64,000 nucleotides of DNA, from NCBI GenBank assembly GCA_045536045.1, contig JAZSMU010000006.1, forward strand, positions 3,535-67,534, written 5' to 3'. Position numbers and translations under genes: made by a program. Origin of the DNA: Candidatus Gastranaerophilales bacterium (GTDB taxonomy: Bacteria > Cyanobacteriota > Vampirovibrionia > Gastranaerophilales > Gastranaerophilaceae). Under the pieces are notes generated by a model. It was not told the DNA's origin, did no database searches, and saw nothing but the letters and a program-made list of their open reading frames with translations. Below, piece by piece: positions 19,507-30,264 of the stretch; position 1 is the first letter of the stretch; every line of letters starts with the position of its first letter.

Positions 19507-20460
19507 ATGAAAGGCTTAGTTTTTGATGAAACTTTGAAGTTGGTTAATAATTTAGAAAAACCGAGCCCTAATAAGGGCGAGGTTTTGATTAAAACTTCAC
19601 TCGTAGGAATATGCAACACTGACTATGAAATTACCAAAGGCTATATGGGTTATAAAGGCGTTTTGGGTCATGAATTTGTTGGTGTCGTTGTTGAAGGCGA
19701 CTCCAATTGGGTTGGCAAAAGAGTTGTCGGAGAAATCAACTTGGGTTGCAACAATTGTGCTTATTGTGCTAAAGATTTGCAAAGGCATTGCCCAAACAGA
19801 GGCACTCTTGGAATTTGGCAAAAAGATGGCTGTTTTCAAGAATATTTTACATTACCAACAGAAAATTTGCTTGAAGTTCCAAATAATGTTTCAGATGAAG
19901 AAATTGTGTTTATTGAACCGGTTGCAGCTGCAATGGAAATAATTGAGCAAGTTCATATTAAGCCGTTTGAGAAAGTTGCACTTTTAGGAGATGGCAAACT
20001 TGGTTTATCTGTTGCACTTGTTTTAAATGCATATAACATTGATTTTGTTCATATTGGAAAACACGAAGAAAAACTTGAAATTTCAAAAAATATGGGCTCA
20101 AAAACCATGCTTTTGGATGAAGTGAAAAATATGAGTGCTCAATTTGACTATGTAATTGAGGCAACAGGTTCTGTTGGTGGTTTTGAAACTTCTTTATCTT
20201 TAGTTAAACCAAGAGGAACTCTAATTTTAAAAAGCACAATTGCAGCAAAAGAAGGGCTAAATCTTGCAAGTGTTGTTGTAAATGAAATTACAATTGTTGG
20301 CTCAAGGTGTGGGCAATTTGCTCCTGCAATGAGGCTTTTTGAAAATAAAAAAATTGATGTTAAGCCGTTAATTTCAAAAATTTTGCCATTTGATGAAGCA
20401 CTTAAAGGCTTTGAGCTTAACGGGGATAAACAAAATATAAAAATTCTTTTAAAATTTTAA
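19507..20460 (+). CDS. Zinc-dependent medium-chain alcohol/polyol dehydrogenase family protein
   Basis: Contains GICNTDYE...GHEFVGVV, the structural-zinc motif CNNCAYCAKDLQRHC and the Rossmann motif LLGDGKLG. Confidence 0.85.
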   Translation: MKGLVFDETLKLVNNLEKPSPNKGEVLIKTSLVGICNTDYEITKGYMGYKGVLGHEFVGVVVEGDSNWVGKRVVGEINLGCNNCAYCAKDLQRHCPNRGTLGIWQKDGCFQEYFTLPTENLLEVPNNVSDEEIVFIEPVAAAMEIIEQVHIKPFEKVALLGDGKLGLSVALVLNAYNIDFVHIGKHEEKLEISKNMGSKTMLLDEVKNMSAQFDYVIEATGSVGGFETSLSLVKPRGTLILKSTIAAKEGLNLASVVVNEITIVGSRCGQFAPAMRLFENKKIDVKPLISKILPFDEALKGFELNGDKQNIKILLKF

Positions 20461-20462
20461 TT

Positions 20463-20486
20463 AAGGCACCAAATGGTGCCTTTTAA
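20463..20486 (+). terminator. Rho-independent terminator hairpin between convergent genes
   Basis: The hairpin aaggcacc-aaat-ggtgcctt is followed by tt(aa)tt. Confidence 0.6.
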
Positions 20487-21155
20487 TTATCTAATATTTA
20501 AAAATTTATGAACTTGAGGAATTAAGCGAATATTTTTATATTCTTTAAAATATTTATAAAATATTTCTTCTGGCTGAAATCCAGCAGACATAGGCATTTT
20601 TGGCTGAAGAATTATAGTTAAATTGTATTTTTTTGCAATTTCAATTGTTTTTTCAATTTCCTCATCTTTAATATTTTCATCAAAAACAATTTTAATGAAC
20701 GCAATTTTTTTGCTTGCAATACGCGCAAATTCATCATTTTGGCTAAATTGATTTTCTTGCCCTGTTGAGCTTTGAAGTTTGATATCCATAGCTACAATAT
20801 CAACTAAATCAATAATCTCTTCCAATTTTTGAGGGAGTGTTCCGTTTGTTTCAAGATAAATTGTTTTTTCAACTTTTGGCAAAAGCTCTTTTAAAAATTC
20901 AAAATGTAATAATGGTTCTCCACCTGTTAGAGCAACGGTTTTGCCTTTAAAATTTTCAATTTCTTTTAAAAGTTTTTCAACACTCCAAACCGTTGAAATT
21001 TCTTTAGAATGATTTGTGTCGCAATAATCACAATTTAAATTACAACCTGAAAATCTTATAAACAGTTGGTCTTCGCCAATATTTATTCCCTCTCCTTGCA
21101 AAGATTCAAAAATTTCAATTATGTTTGCACTATTCAAATAATTCACCTCTGACAT
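20487..21155 (-). CDS. queE: 7-carboxy-7-deazaguanine synthase (radical SAM)
   Basis: Contains IFESLQGEG and the CNLNCDYCDT cluster motif. I prefer the start at ATG 21155 (MSEVNY...); the alternatives are 21164 and 21203. All three overlap the upstream DnaJ-like gene's 3' end. Confidence 0.88.
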   Translation of the reverse strand: MSEVNYLNSANIIEIFESLQGEGINIGEDQLFIRFSGCNLNCDYCDTNHSKEISTVWSVEKLLKEIENFKGKTVALTGGEPLLHFEFLKELLPKVEKTIYLETNGTLPQKLEEIIDLVDIVAMDIKLQSSTGQENQFSQNDEFARIASKKIAFIKIVFDENIKDEEIEKTIEIAKKYNLTIILQPKMPMSAGFQPEEIFYKYFKEYKNIRLIPQVHKFLNIR

Positions 21156-22113
21156 CACTTTCATCCAAATTTTTAACTTCTTTATATGCTCTAATTTCCT
21201 CAATTGTTGGTTTTTGTGGTGTTACGATTTTAATTTCAACAATCAATTCTTCTCTTTTGCCTGTTTTTTTGTTCAACAAGCCACCACCTGTAATTCTAAA
21301 TTTGTCGTGAGAATTTGTTTGAGGTGGAATTTTCATTGTAACATTGCCATCCATTGTTGGAATTAATATTTCGCTTCCTAAAAATGCTTCCCAAGGTGTT
21401 ATTGGAAGTTCTAATTTTGCTCTGTTATTTTCAATTTTGAAAACATTTTTTGAAGCAACTTTTATTGTTAAAATTAAATCTCCTGATTCAGCTCCAAATT
21501 TTCCTAATTTTCCTTCATTTTTAATTTTTAAAGTGCTATTTTGTTTTGGATTTTTTGGAATTTTAACAGTAACTTTTTTGTGAATTGTAATTTCGCCAAG
21601 CCCATCGCAATTTGTGCATTTTGTTCCATTTGCAAATTTTTTGCCTAAGCATTTTGGGCATTTTTCGCTATGAACAATATTAATTTTTTTAATAACTCCA
21701 TCTACTGCCTCTTTTGGCGTGATTTCAATTGTCATATAAATATTTTCGCCTTTTGTTGGGCGTGGCTTAGATTCTTTTTCTTCAAAAAATTTATTAACAA
21801 AATCTCCAAAATTTTCTTTTTTCTTTTTGGGTGCTTCTTTGTATTCTTTTTTCTCTTCCTTAAACTCTTTTTTAACTTCTTTTTCTTCTTTTGAATTAGG
21901 CATAATGCCATTTAAAGTGTCGTATTTTAGTTTTTTAACTTCGTCAGATAGGGTGTCAAATGCTTCGTTTATTTCTTTAAAAATTTTTTCTGCGTTTTCA
22001 ATTTTGCTTATGTCGGGGTGGTATTTTTTGACAAGTTTTTTGTATGAAGATTTTATTTCTTCAATGGTTGCATTTTCTTCAACTTCTAAAATTTGATAAT
22101 AATTTCTTGCCAT
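21130..22113 (-). CDS. DnaJ-like co-chaperone paralogue with a reduced zinc finger and a Lys/Glu-rich linker
   Basis: A J domain is present (YYQILEV...YHPDIS). Only two CxxC pairs are seen (CPKCLGKK, CTNCDGLG), followed by a DnaJ C-terminal domain. Confidence 0.85.
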   Translation of the reverse strand: MARNYYQILEVEENATIEEIKSSYKKLVKKYHPDISKIENAEKIFKEINEAFDTLSDEVKKLKYDTLNGIMPNSKEEKEVKKEFKEEKKEYKEAPKKKKENFGDFVNKFFEEKESKPRPTKGENIYMTIEITPKEAVDGVIKKINIVHSEKCPKCLGKKFANGTKCTNCDGLGEITIHKKVTVKIPKNPKQNSTLKIKNEGKLGKFGAESGDLILTIKVASKNVFKIENNRAKLELPITPWEAFLGSEILIPTMDGNVTMKIPPQTNSHDKFRITGGGLLNKKTGKREELIVEIKIVTPQKPTIEEIRAYKEVKNLDESDVRGELFE

Positions 22114-22134
22114 TCTTTAATTTTACTTAAATAT

Positions 22135-22164
22135 AAAAAAAATCCAACATTTTTTGTGTTGGAT
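22135..22164 (-). terminator. Rho-independent terminator downstream of the GlgC-like gene
   Basis: The stem atccaaca/tgttggat (22142-22149 / 22157-22164) is followed on the minus strand by a run of 8 T. Confidence 0.7.
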
Positions 22165-22188
22165 TTTTAAAATTTATTAATTTTTTAT

Positions 22189-23868
22189 TTATAAAACAAG
22201 TATATTGCCTTTCATTTCATCAACGCCATATTTGTCTTTGAAAATTTCAAGTCTATCTCCTGCACCTCTAGACATTTTTACAACACCTGTTTCAATTTCT
22301 GTGTTGTTTTTGAAATCTTGTAAAACAAAATTTGGAACGCCATAGTATTTATTTAACCAAGGGAATGCTTCGTTTTCTTTTGTTTCTTTAGCAACATCTT
22401 GAATCATTTTTACATATGCTTCAGCTGAACCAATGTCATCCCAAACAGCTAATTTTCCACCTTTTGCTTCCAATGGAACTGTGTAAACTTTCATTGGGTT
22501 GCCATTTTCATCAACCAATTTTCCAGCATTACATAGCTCAACAATTTTTGGAATAACATGTTTTCCTAAAAATCCTGCACCTTTTTCTTCAAGATTAATA
22601 TCTTTAAGAACCTTAACTGCTTCTTTGCTCATAAAATACATACCTGGATTTGCCATATAATTTCCATTTATTTCGGCTTTTTGAACTTCCATCCAGTCAG
22701 CTTTTTCTTCTATTGAAGCATTTGAAGGAATTTTATTTGTATATTTTGGTTTTTCAATAAATTTTTTGATTTGTTGGTTGCCATTTTCATCAACTTCTGT
22801 TCCAATTAAACCAAATGATTTTGCTCTTTCTGGATTAACTGGGTAGTATGGAATAACAAGTGCTGCATTTGGAAGAGTTTTTAGTGCTTTATATGCTCTT
22901 GTTATATCTGCGTTTGTGAAAATATCTGCGTTTAAAATAATCGCATCTTTGTCATCTGAAATAATATCTCTTTTTAGAGCTTCAGCAAACGCACCACCGT
23001 CTGTATCGTATTTTCTAACGTGTTTAACTTCTTTGTCTTCGTCAATACTGTGTGCTTGGCTTAGATATGCATATTTATCTTTTCCAGTGATAATACCTGC
23101 AGAAGCTGCCATATTCAATGTTGTTCCAATGATACGGTAGCTATTTTTTGTTGGCAAACTGCAAGATGGTTTGTTTTCGCTGTTTCCATTTATAAATGCG
23201 TTAACATTATAAAATCTTTCCCCAAAACCACCAGCTGGAATTAATAAGTTTGGTTGGTTTGCTTCAACAATGTCTTTATAATCGCCAACAGGTGCTTGTG
23301 TGTATAATTTGTTGTATGAGTAATTTTTAACTGCTTCTAGTGTTTTTGATTCTTTGTTTAGAGTTGATACATAAACATTTCCTGTAAAAGATAGCCCTTT
23401 AAAGCTTGTTTTTTGATTTTTAGGTTCTTCATCAGAGAACATAATATATTCAAAAGAGCCATCATCAGCAGTGATTTTGCTACCTTTTAGCATCATAATT
23501 TTTGTGTCTTCGTCTTCAATTACAATGTGGTGGTCAAATTTTCCTTTTGCATAAGAAAGGTTTGGGCATTTTGCTCCAACTTTTTCATAGCCTCTGAAGA
23601 TTTCTTTTGTGTCGTTTTCCATAACTTTGACATATTTTTTATCGCCTACATTGAAAACTTCAACGCTTAAGCCATCGCCGAATAGTTTTTTATCTTTTTC
23701 TTCTGTTATAAATCTGCCATCAATTTTTACATCTTCATTAATCCCAAAAAGGTTATCAACGTGGATTCCATTGTTTCTGATATGCTTTTGAGCTTCTCTG
23801 TTGAATGGGGATACACCTTTAAAAGTAGTGTTTCTTACTGGGGAATAATTAATTGGTGTTATTTGCAT
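22189..23868 (-). CDS. GlgC-like sugar-1-phosphate nucleotidyltransferase core with a ~200-aa N-terminal extension
   Basis: Contains LIPAGGFGERF...KPSCSLP..YRIIGTTLNMAASAGI, FGLIG...FIEKP, NPGMYF and VWDDIGSAEAY. The start is set at ATG 23868 with GGAG 6 nt upstream; the track uses TTG 23880. Confidence 0.7.
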   Translation of the reverse strand: MQITPINYSPVRNTTFKGVSPFNREAQKHIRNNGIHVDNLFGINEDVKIDGRFITEEKDKKLFGDGLSVEVFNVGDKKYVKVMENDTKEIFRGYEKVGAKCPNLSYAKGKFDHHIVIEDEDTKIMMLKGSKITADDGSFEYIMFSDEEPKNQKTSFKGLSFTGNVYVSTLNKESKTLEAVKNYSYNKLYTQAPVGDYKDIVEANQPNLLIPAGGFGERFYNVNAFINGNSENKPSCSLPTKNSYRIIGTTLNMAASAGIITGKDKYAYLSQAHSIDEDKEVKHVRKYDTDGGAFAEALKRDIISDDKDAIILNADIFTNADITRAYKALKTLPNAALVIPYYPVNPERAKSFGLIGTEVDENGNQQIKKFIEKPKYTNKIPSNASIEEKADWMEVQKAEINGNYMANPGMYFMSKEAVKVLKDINLEEKGAGFLGKHVIPKIVELCNAGKLVDENGNPMKVYTVPLEAKGGKLAVWDDIGSAEAYVKMIQDVAKETKENEAFPWLNKYYGVPNFVLQDFKNNTEIETGVVKMSRGAGDRLEIFKDKYGVDEMKGNILVL

Positions 23869-24029
23869 TTCTTTCTCCAAAATTTTAACTTATGCTAAGA
23901 CAAATCTTCTGAATAATAAAATTTGCCATATTCGTCAAAAATATTTGTTAAGATTTGTAAAATTATTTCATATCTTTGAATGCAGGCAATAAATATAGTT
24001 TTTATAATTATAGGTATTAAGGCGATTTA

Positions 24030-24926
24030 ATGATAGAACTAGATTTAAATTTATCATATTTAGCACAGCATTTTCAGATTGCTCCTACTAAGCTTGCTCA
24101 ATACAAGAACAAGTCTATTCAAGAAATTCTTGAAGAAGAGGTAAAGGCAGGCAATCTGCAAGCTTTGCAGTTTGCGTCTTCAATATCTGACCCTAGCCAA
24201 TTAGCAAAATTATTTAGCCTTGCAAATTATTGCAACAGATACCTAATAATTAAAGGACTTGATGATGATATTTTGGGTAAAATTTTAGAAAAATTACCTA
24301 CTCAAGATTTATTGTCTGGTATTCATTATTTCAATATGGATAAATTATTTGAAATGCTTGAAGAGTTGCCTCCTGAAGAGCTTTTGAATGTTGTTTTCCA
24401 AAAATTTGGATTAGCAAACATTGTTCAGCTTATGAATGTTGATGAGCTAGATGCTTTCTTTGAAAGCCCTAATGTTGAAAGAGCTGATATTCAAAAAACT
24501 TTCAAACAATTTGATAAAGAATTATTAGATAAAATTATGTTCCAAAGTCTTGGAATGGATACTAGGGAAAAATCTAGAAAAGAAATTTTTGAGCATATTG
24601 CTTCAATGGATGATACTCAATTTAATCAATTTATTTTGGGCATGAAGAAGAACCATAAGCAAGCTTTGGTGTTTGGTATGTGCCAAAACGATAAAAAACT
24701 TATGCTTGAGCTTGACCCAAAAGCAATTGCAAGACCATTAATGGCTTTAGAAAAGGGCGAAATAATTAAATGCATGGAAGTTTTAGACCCTAAATTTGTT
24801 ATTCCAATGATTCAAGAATTACCAGAAGAATTGGTGCAAGTTGTTGCAGCACAAATTGACCCAATGCAATTTGCAGATATTTTGATTAAAAATTGCCCAG
24901 ATATTTTAAGTAAAATTAAAATTTAG
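24030..24926 (+). CDS. Hypothetical helical-repeat protein with MgtE-N / FliG-like 'ELP-EE' repeats
   Basis: The repeated segments are LEKLPTQDLL, LEELPPEELLNVVFQ and IQELPEELVQVVAAQIDP. Confidence 0.5.
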   Translation: MIELDLNLSYLAQHFQIAPTKLAQYKNKSIQEILEEEVKAGNLQALQFASSISDPSQLAKLFSLANYCNRYLIIKGLDDDILGKILEKLPTQDLLSGIHYFNMDKLFEMLEELPPEELLNVVFQKFGLANIVQLMNVDELDAFFESPNVERADIQKTFKQFDKELLDKIMFQSLGMDTREKSRKEIFEHIASMDDTQFNQFILGMKKNHKQALVFGMCQNDKKLMLELDPKAIARPLMALEKGEIIKCMEVLDPKFVIPMIQELPEELVQVVAAQIDPMQFADILIKNCPDILSKIKI

Positions 24927-26169
24927 GTAGCCACAATTCATCATTTATGTCATCAATTCTTTTTGTTGCTGGTGGTTCTTTAGCTTGAATTTCTTCAATT
25001 GACTCGGTTTTGTTTTCTTTTTTTTCTGTGTCTAGTTCAAGCCAAGTGCGAACAACATCTGCTAAATATGTAAAGCTTTCTTTTGTGCCACAAGCTTCAG
25101 CTGGATAATTTTTACCATAAATTAAAAATGGAACCATTTCTCTTGTATGGTCTGTTCCTTTGTGAGTTGGGTCGCAACCGTGGTCTGCTGTTATAATCAA
25201 AATTGTGTCATCAGAAATTGCTTTTATAATTTTTGGCAAAAATGTGTCAATTTCTTCAATTGCATTTTTATAGCCTAGAGTGTCTCTTCTGTGTCCAAAA
25301 AGCATATCTGTGTCAACTAAATTTGTGAAAATTAAGTTTGCGTCATCATTTTTAATTGTCTTAAGGGTAAGTTTTAGCCCTTCCATATTTGAGCCTGTTG
25401 TTTGATATCTTGTAACTCCTTTCCCAACAAAAATATCTTTAATTTTGCCAACACCAAAAACTTCGCCACCTGCTTTTTCAATTTCATCTAACAAAGTATC
25501 TTTAGGAGGCTCAAGGCTATAGTCATGTCTTAAAGCCCCAACTCTTGTTGGTTTTCCGTCTATAATTTGATATGGTCTTGCAATTACCCTTGAAACACCA
25601 TAGCCGTTATTTAAGATTTCTCTTGCAATTTTGCACCATTCATATAAAGTTTCAACAGGAATAACATCAATATCAACTGCAATTTGGAAAACGCTATCTG
25701 CTGATGTGTAGATAATTGGATATTTTGTTTTTTGATGTTCTTCGTTTAAGTCTTCAATAATTTTTGTTCCAGAAGCTGGAATATTTCCTAAAATACCCTT
25801 ACAGCCTGTTTTTTCAATAAATTCGTTAATCAATTCATCAGGAAAATTGATATAAGTTTTAAATGGCTCATCTAAGACAAGCCCTGCAATTTCCCAGTGT
25901 CCTGTCGTTGTGTCTTTTCCTTTGCTTTTCATTTTGGCAATGCCGTAGCTTGCTTTTGGCTTTTTAACTTTTTTTACACCTTCAAGGTCTTTAATATTTC
26001 CAAAGCCTAATTTTTCAAGATTTGGGATGTTTAAACCAACTGTTTTTGCAATGTTTCCAACGGTATCTGCTGTTAGCTCATCACCATAATCTGGAGCATC
26101 GGGAAGTGCTCCTATTCCCATAGAGTCAATAACAATAATAACTGCTTTTTTGTCTTTATTCATTCTCAA
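24916..26169 (-). CDS. deoB: Phosphopentomutase
   Basis: Contains AVIIVIDSMGIGALPDAPDYGD...TADHGCDPT...HTREMVP. Confidence 0.93.
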   Translation of the reverse strand: MRMNKDKKAVIIVIDSMGIGALPDAPDYGDELTADTVGNIAKTVGLNIPNLEKLGFGNIKDLEGVKKVKKPKASYGIAKMKSKGKDTTTGHWEIAGLVLDEPFKTYINFPDELINEFIEKTGCKGILGNIPASGTKIIEDLNEEHQKTKYPIIYTSADSVFQIAVDIDVIPVETLYEWCKIAREILNNGYGVSRVIARPYQIIDGKPTRVGALRHDYSLEPPKDTLLDEIEKAGGEVFGVGKIKDIFVGKGVTRYQTTGSNMEGLKLTLKTIKNDDANLIFTNLVDTDMLFGHRRDTLGYKNAIEEIDTFLPKIIKAISDDTILIITADHGCDPTHKGTDHTREMVPFLIYGKNYPAEACGTKESFTYLADVVRTWLELDTEKKENKTESIEEIQAKEPPATKRIDDINDELWLPKF

Positions 26170-27470
26170 TCACCTCAACATAATCGTCTAAATATTTCAT
26201 ATGCCACTCTTGAATAAGCTCACCTTTTGCTAAAATTGCTCTTCCTGGTGGGTATGGCATAATTGTTGCACCAGAAATTCTATGCAATGCATTTTCTTTT
26301 TTAACAAAAGTTGTTTCAAGCTTAAAGCTATTTTTTGGGCTTATTTTAACAATTGGAGTTGGCTCAACTTCAAATTCATTTTCTTCTTCAAATGTTTCAA
26401 TTTTGGCATTCTTTAGGGCATTTGCTAATTTTTGTAGTTTTTTATTATCTGTTCCCACTCCAGTTAAATATAAAATAGAATTTTCTTCTTCAATCTCATC
26501 TTCTATATTAAATTTTTCATTAATAATTTTTGCTAAAGTTTTGGAGTTTATTCCTTGTTTTTTTACAACAATTTTTGTGAAATCACGATTTGTGTGGGAT
26601 AAAAATTCAACTCCATGTTTTTCTAATTTTTTTTCAAATTTTTCAATATTTTTAATTAAATTATCAAGCATTTTTCTGCCAGATTTAGAGTCTAGCCTTA
26701 AAACAGTTTCTTCTGCAATAGCTATCATAGGGTAGCTTGGAGATGTTGTTTGAATAAGGTTTAGTGCATTTTGGAATTTTTCAGGGTCAAAATCCGTGCT
26801 TTGTCCAATATGAAATAGGGCAATTGAATTTGGTGCACCTGCGTTTTTATGAAGCGAATTAACTGAAAAATCTGCGCCTAATTGAATTGCAGGCACGCCT
26901 AATTTATCTGAAAAATTCATTAAACTTCCATGCGCTTCATCAACAATTAAATAAACACCATATTGCTTGCAAATTCTTGAAATTTCTTCAATATTTGAAT
27001 GAACTCCCTCGTAGGTTGGGCTTGTGATTATTAAAGCCTTGTAATTATTCATTTTGAGGGCATTTTCAATATTTTCTGGAGACATTTCTTTGTATATTCT
27101 AAAACTTTCATTATAGTTTGGAATAATCCAATCTGGAATTGCACCAGTTAATGTTAAACCATTTAAGACGGATTTATGTGCATTTCTTCCAACTAAAACT
27201 CTATCTCCAGCTTCTAATATCGCTAACATAATTGCAATAATTCCAGAAGTTGAGCCATTTAAAAGAATGTAAGATTCTTTGCTTTTGTATATTTTTGAAA
27301 TTCTGCTTTGAGCTCTTCTAATTACTCCTTTTGGATTTTGAAGGTTATCAAGCCCATCTAGCTCGGAAAAATCATATTTAAACCAAGAAGAAAATTCTTT
27401 TAAAAACGGACTTTTTTGAGAATGAGATGGTGTTGTAAAATATGTTTTCTTTTTTATTTTTTTTAACAAT

Positions 27471-27484
<14 letters not shown>
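26156..27484 (-). CDS. PLP-dependent Orn/Lys/Arg decarboxylase-family protein
   Basis: A fold-type I major domain is present, with DEAHG and SVNSLHKNAGAP (PLP lysine). Confidence 0.8.
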
Positions 27485-29502
<2,018 letters not shown>

Positions 29503-29504
29503 AA

Positions 29505-30212
29505 ATGAAAAAAATCTTATTATTAATTATGGCGTTTTTAATTTCTGGCTCTGCCTTTGCTGGAGTTAGCAAAAATTCAATTGAAAATGGCTACATAACA
29601 GTTAATGCATCTGCGTCAAACAAAGTTGTTCCAAACATTGCAAGTGTTATTTTTTATGTTGAAACACAAAATAAAAGCCAACAAATTGCCGTTGATGAAA
29701 ATAAAAAAATCGTTGTAAAAGTTTTGGAAACAATTAAGAAAAATACAGATGAAAAAACAGATACAATTAAAACTTTAAATTATTCAGTTAATCCAACATA
29801 CATATATTCAGGCTCTAAAAAGACTTTTGACAAATATGTTGCACTAAATACAATTCAAGTTGAAATTAAAAATCCTAAAAATATTTCACTTTTAATTGAT
29901 GAAACATTAAAAGCTGGTGCAACAAGAGTTTCTGGGCTAAATTACTCATTAGATTATGAAAATTTTGATTATTCTGAATTAATTAATGATGCCGTAAAAT
30001 CTGCTAAAAAGAGAGCAGACGCAACAGCTTCAGCTCTTGGGGTTAAAATTGTTGGAATTAAAAATGTAACTACATCATGCTCTGCTGACCAAAATGCTAG
30101 ATACCTTTATATGAGTGCAAAATCAGCAAATTCTGATAGTGCTTCTTCATACACTGAAGAAGGTTTGGTTAAAGTTGATGCAAATGTTAATATTGAATTT
30201 TGGGTGAAATAA
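29505..30212 (+). CDS. Periplasmic SIMPL/DUF541-like protein
   Basis: A signal peptide is followed by the typical layout ITVNASASNKVVPNIASVIFYVET...TYIY.... Confidence 0.65.
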   Translation: MKKILLLIMAFLISGSAFAGVSKNSIENGYITVNASASNKVVPNIASVIFYVETQNKSQQIAVDENKKIVVKVLETIKKNTDEKTDTIKTLNYSVNPTYIYSGSKKTFDKYVALNTIQVEIKNPKNISLLIDETLKAGATRVSGLNYSLDYENFDYSELINDAVKSAKKRADATASALGVKIVGIKNVTTSCSADQNARYLYMSAKSANSDSASSYTEEGLVKVDANVNIEFWVK

Positions 30213-30234
30213 CCAAAAATTATATTTTTAAAAT

Positions 30235-30257
30235 GCCTCAGAAATGAGGCTTTTTTT
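30235..30257 (+). terminator. Rho-independent terminator
   Basis: The hairpin gcctca-gaaa-tgaggc is followed by TTTTTTT. Confidence 0.75.
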
Positions 30258-30264
30258 ATTCTTA

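Noticed and set aside
21125-22096. Plus-strand ORFs 21125-21310, 21344-21583, 21670-21894 and 21827-22096
   Set aside because: They are antisense to the Lys/Glu-rich DnaJ-like gene (AAA/GAA read as TTT/TTC). The Phe/Ser-rich products are not credible.
23910-23938. Minus-strand TTGACG-17-TATTCA considered as the promoter of the GlgC-like gene
   Set aside because: The -10 lacks the highly conserved final T, so it was left uncalled.
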